DNA of 62,926 nt, counting the filler, from Trichosphaerium sp. ATCC 40318 (lineage: Eukaryota; Protista; Tubulinea), in NCBI GenBank assembly GCA_038496445.1. It is 3 parts of 3 records of this genome, joined end to end, with 100 filler letters (N's around TTAATTAATTAA, not from the genome) between each part and the next. Parts side by side here need not be neighbours in the genome. Positions count along the whole stretch, not along the records: positions 49,432 to 62,926 come from JALMLS010000083.1; 2 more parts are not named here. The stretch is one strand, 5' to 3'. The translations under genes were made by a program, and so were the position numbers. Within the stretch, counting starts at the first letter, position 1; each line of letters opens with the position of its first letter. Under the pieces are notes generated by a model that worked only from the letters and a program-made list of their open reading frames with translations, searched no databases and was not told the origin of the DNA. This document shows, in pieces, positions 62,580-62,926 of this stretch.

Positions 62580-62842
62580 ATGCCTAATTATTGCCTGTAA
62601 ATTTAAGACTGGCAATGCATAAAAAAAATAGGGCAGGCATTGTCTAAAAAAAACAAGGCTTTGCAATAATTAAGGCAATGCCCAACAAAGCCTTATTTCA
62701 ATGCCTGATTTTTGTCTTTGTTGCCACTGCCTTTGCAAGATCAGGCATTGTCATTTTTAAATGCCTGATTTTTGCCATCAATGCCTGATTTTAAAAAAAT
62801 GCCTTCATATTTAAGGCAAAGCCTTGTTTAGTTTCAGCCCTG
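62580..62842 (-). mobile_element. Probable hAT 5' terminus with subterminal repeats
   Basis: Minus strand starts CAGGGCTGAAAC at 62842 (hAT-type CAGGG). Many AATGCCT/AGGCA(A/T)TG repeats occur in both orientations. The matching TIR was not found. Confidence 0.6.
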
Positions 62843-62926
62843 AACATCATAAATCTACCAAAACTGAATTGTTTTGCATGAATTACTGATTATATAGTAA
62901 TTGTTGATTATTTAAACCAATATATA

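Overview
AT-rich, intron-containing eukaryotic (protist, probably amoeboid) genomic DNA. It is three contigs (1-22951, 23052-49331, 49432-62926) joined by artificial N..TTAATTAATTAA..N linkers, so adjacency across the gaps is not biological. Contig 1 holds a tandemly triplicated, partly decayed intron-containing F-box gene entangled with long inverted repeats, a MORN-repeat pseudogene, a PA-domain multi-TM gene and a beta-helix/Cys-rich receptor-like gene. It ends in a ~3.7 kb near-perfect inverted duplication carrying an F-box/short-LRR gene, possibly a fold-back artefact. Contig 2 holds adenosine deaminase (partial), a Pho88/SND3-like gene, an LRR gene, two more F-box/short-LRR genes, MITEs, a TE-split MORN pseudogene and a second receptor-like paralog. 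It also holds a free-standing spliced His-Cys box (I-PpoI-type) endonuclease gene between direct repeats, a pogo DD35D transposon, a BTB protein, a non-catalytic GH16, a mucin-stalk membrane protein and a Cys-to-Ser pseudo-E2. Contig 3 is one very divergent, expansion-rich rDNA unit (IGS subrepeats, 18S ~2.65 kb, 5.8S, 28S) followed by a decayed hAT transposon. Best leads: the stand-alone His-Cys endonuclease cassette, the giant-virus-like F-box/LRR/MORN/BTB/pseudo-E2 ubiquitin-adaptor set, and the long-branch rDNA. All domain calls are by eye; no database searches were run.
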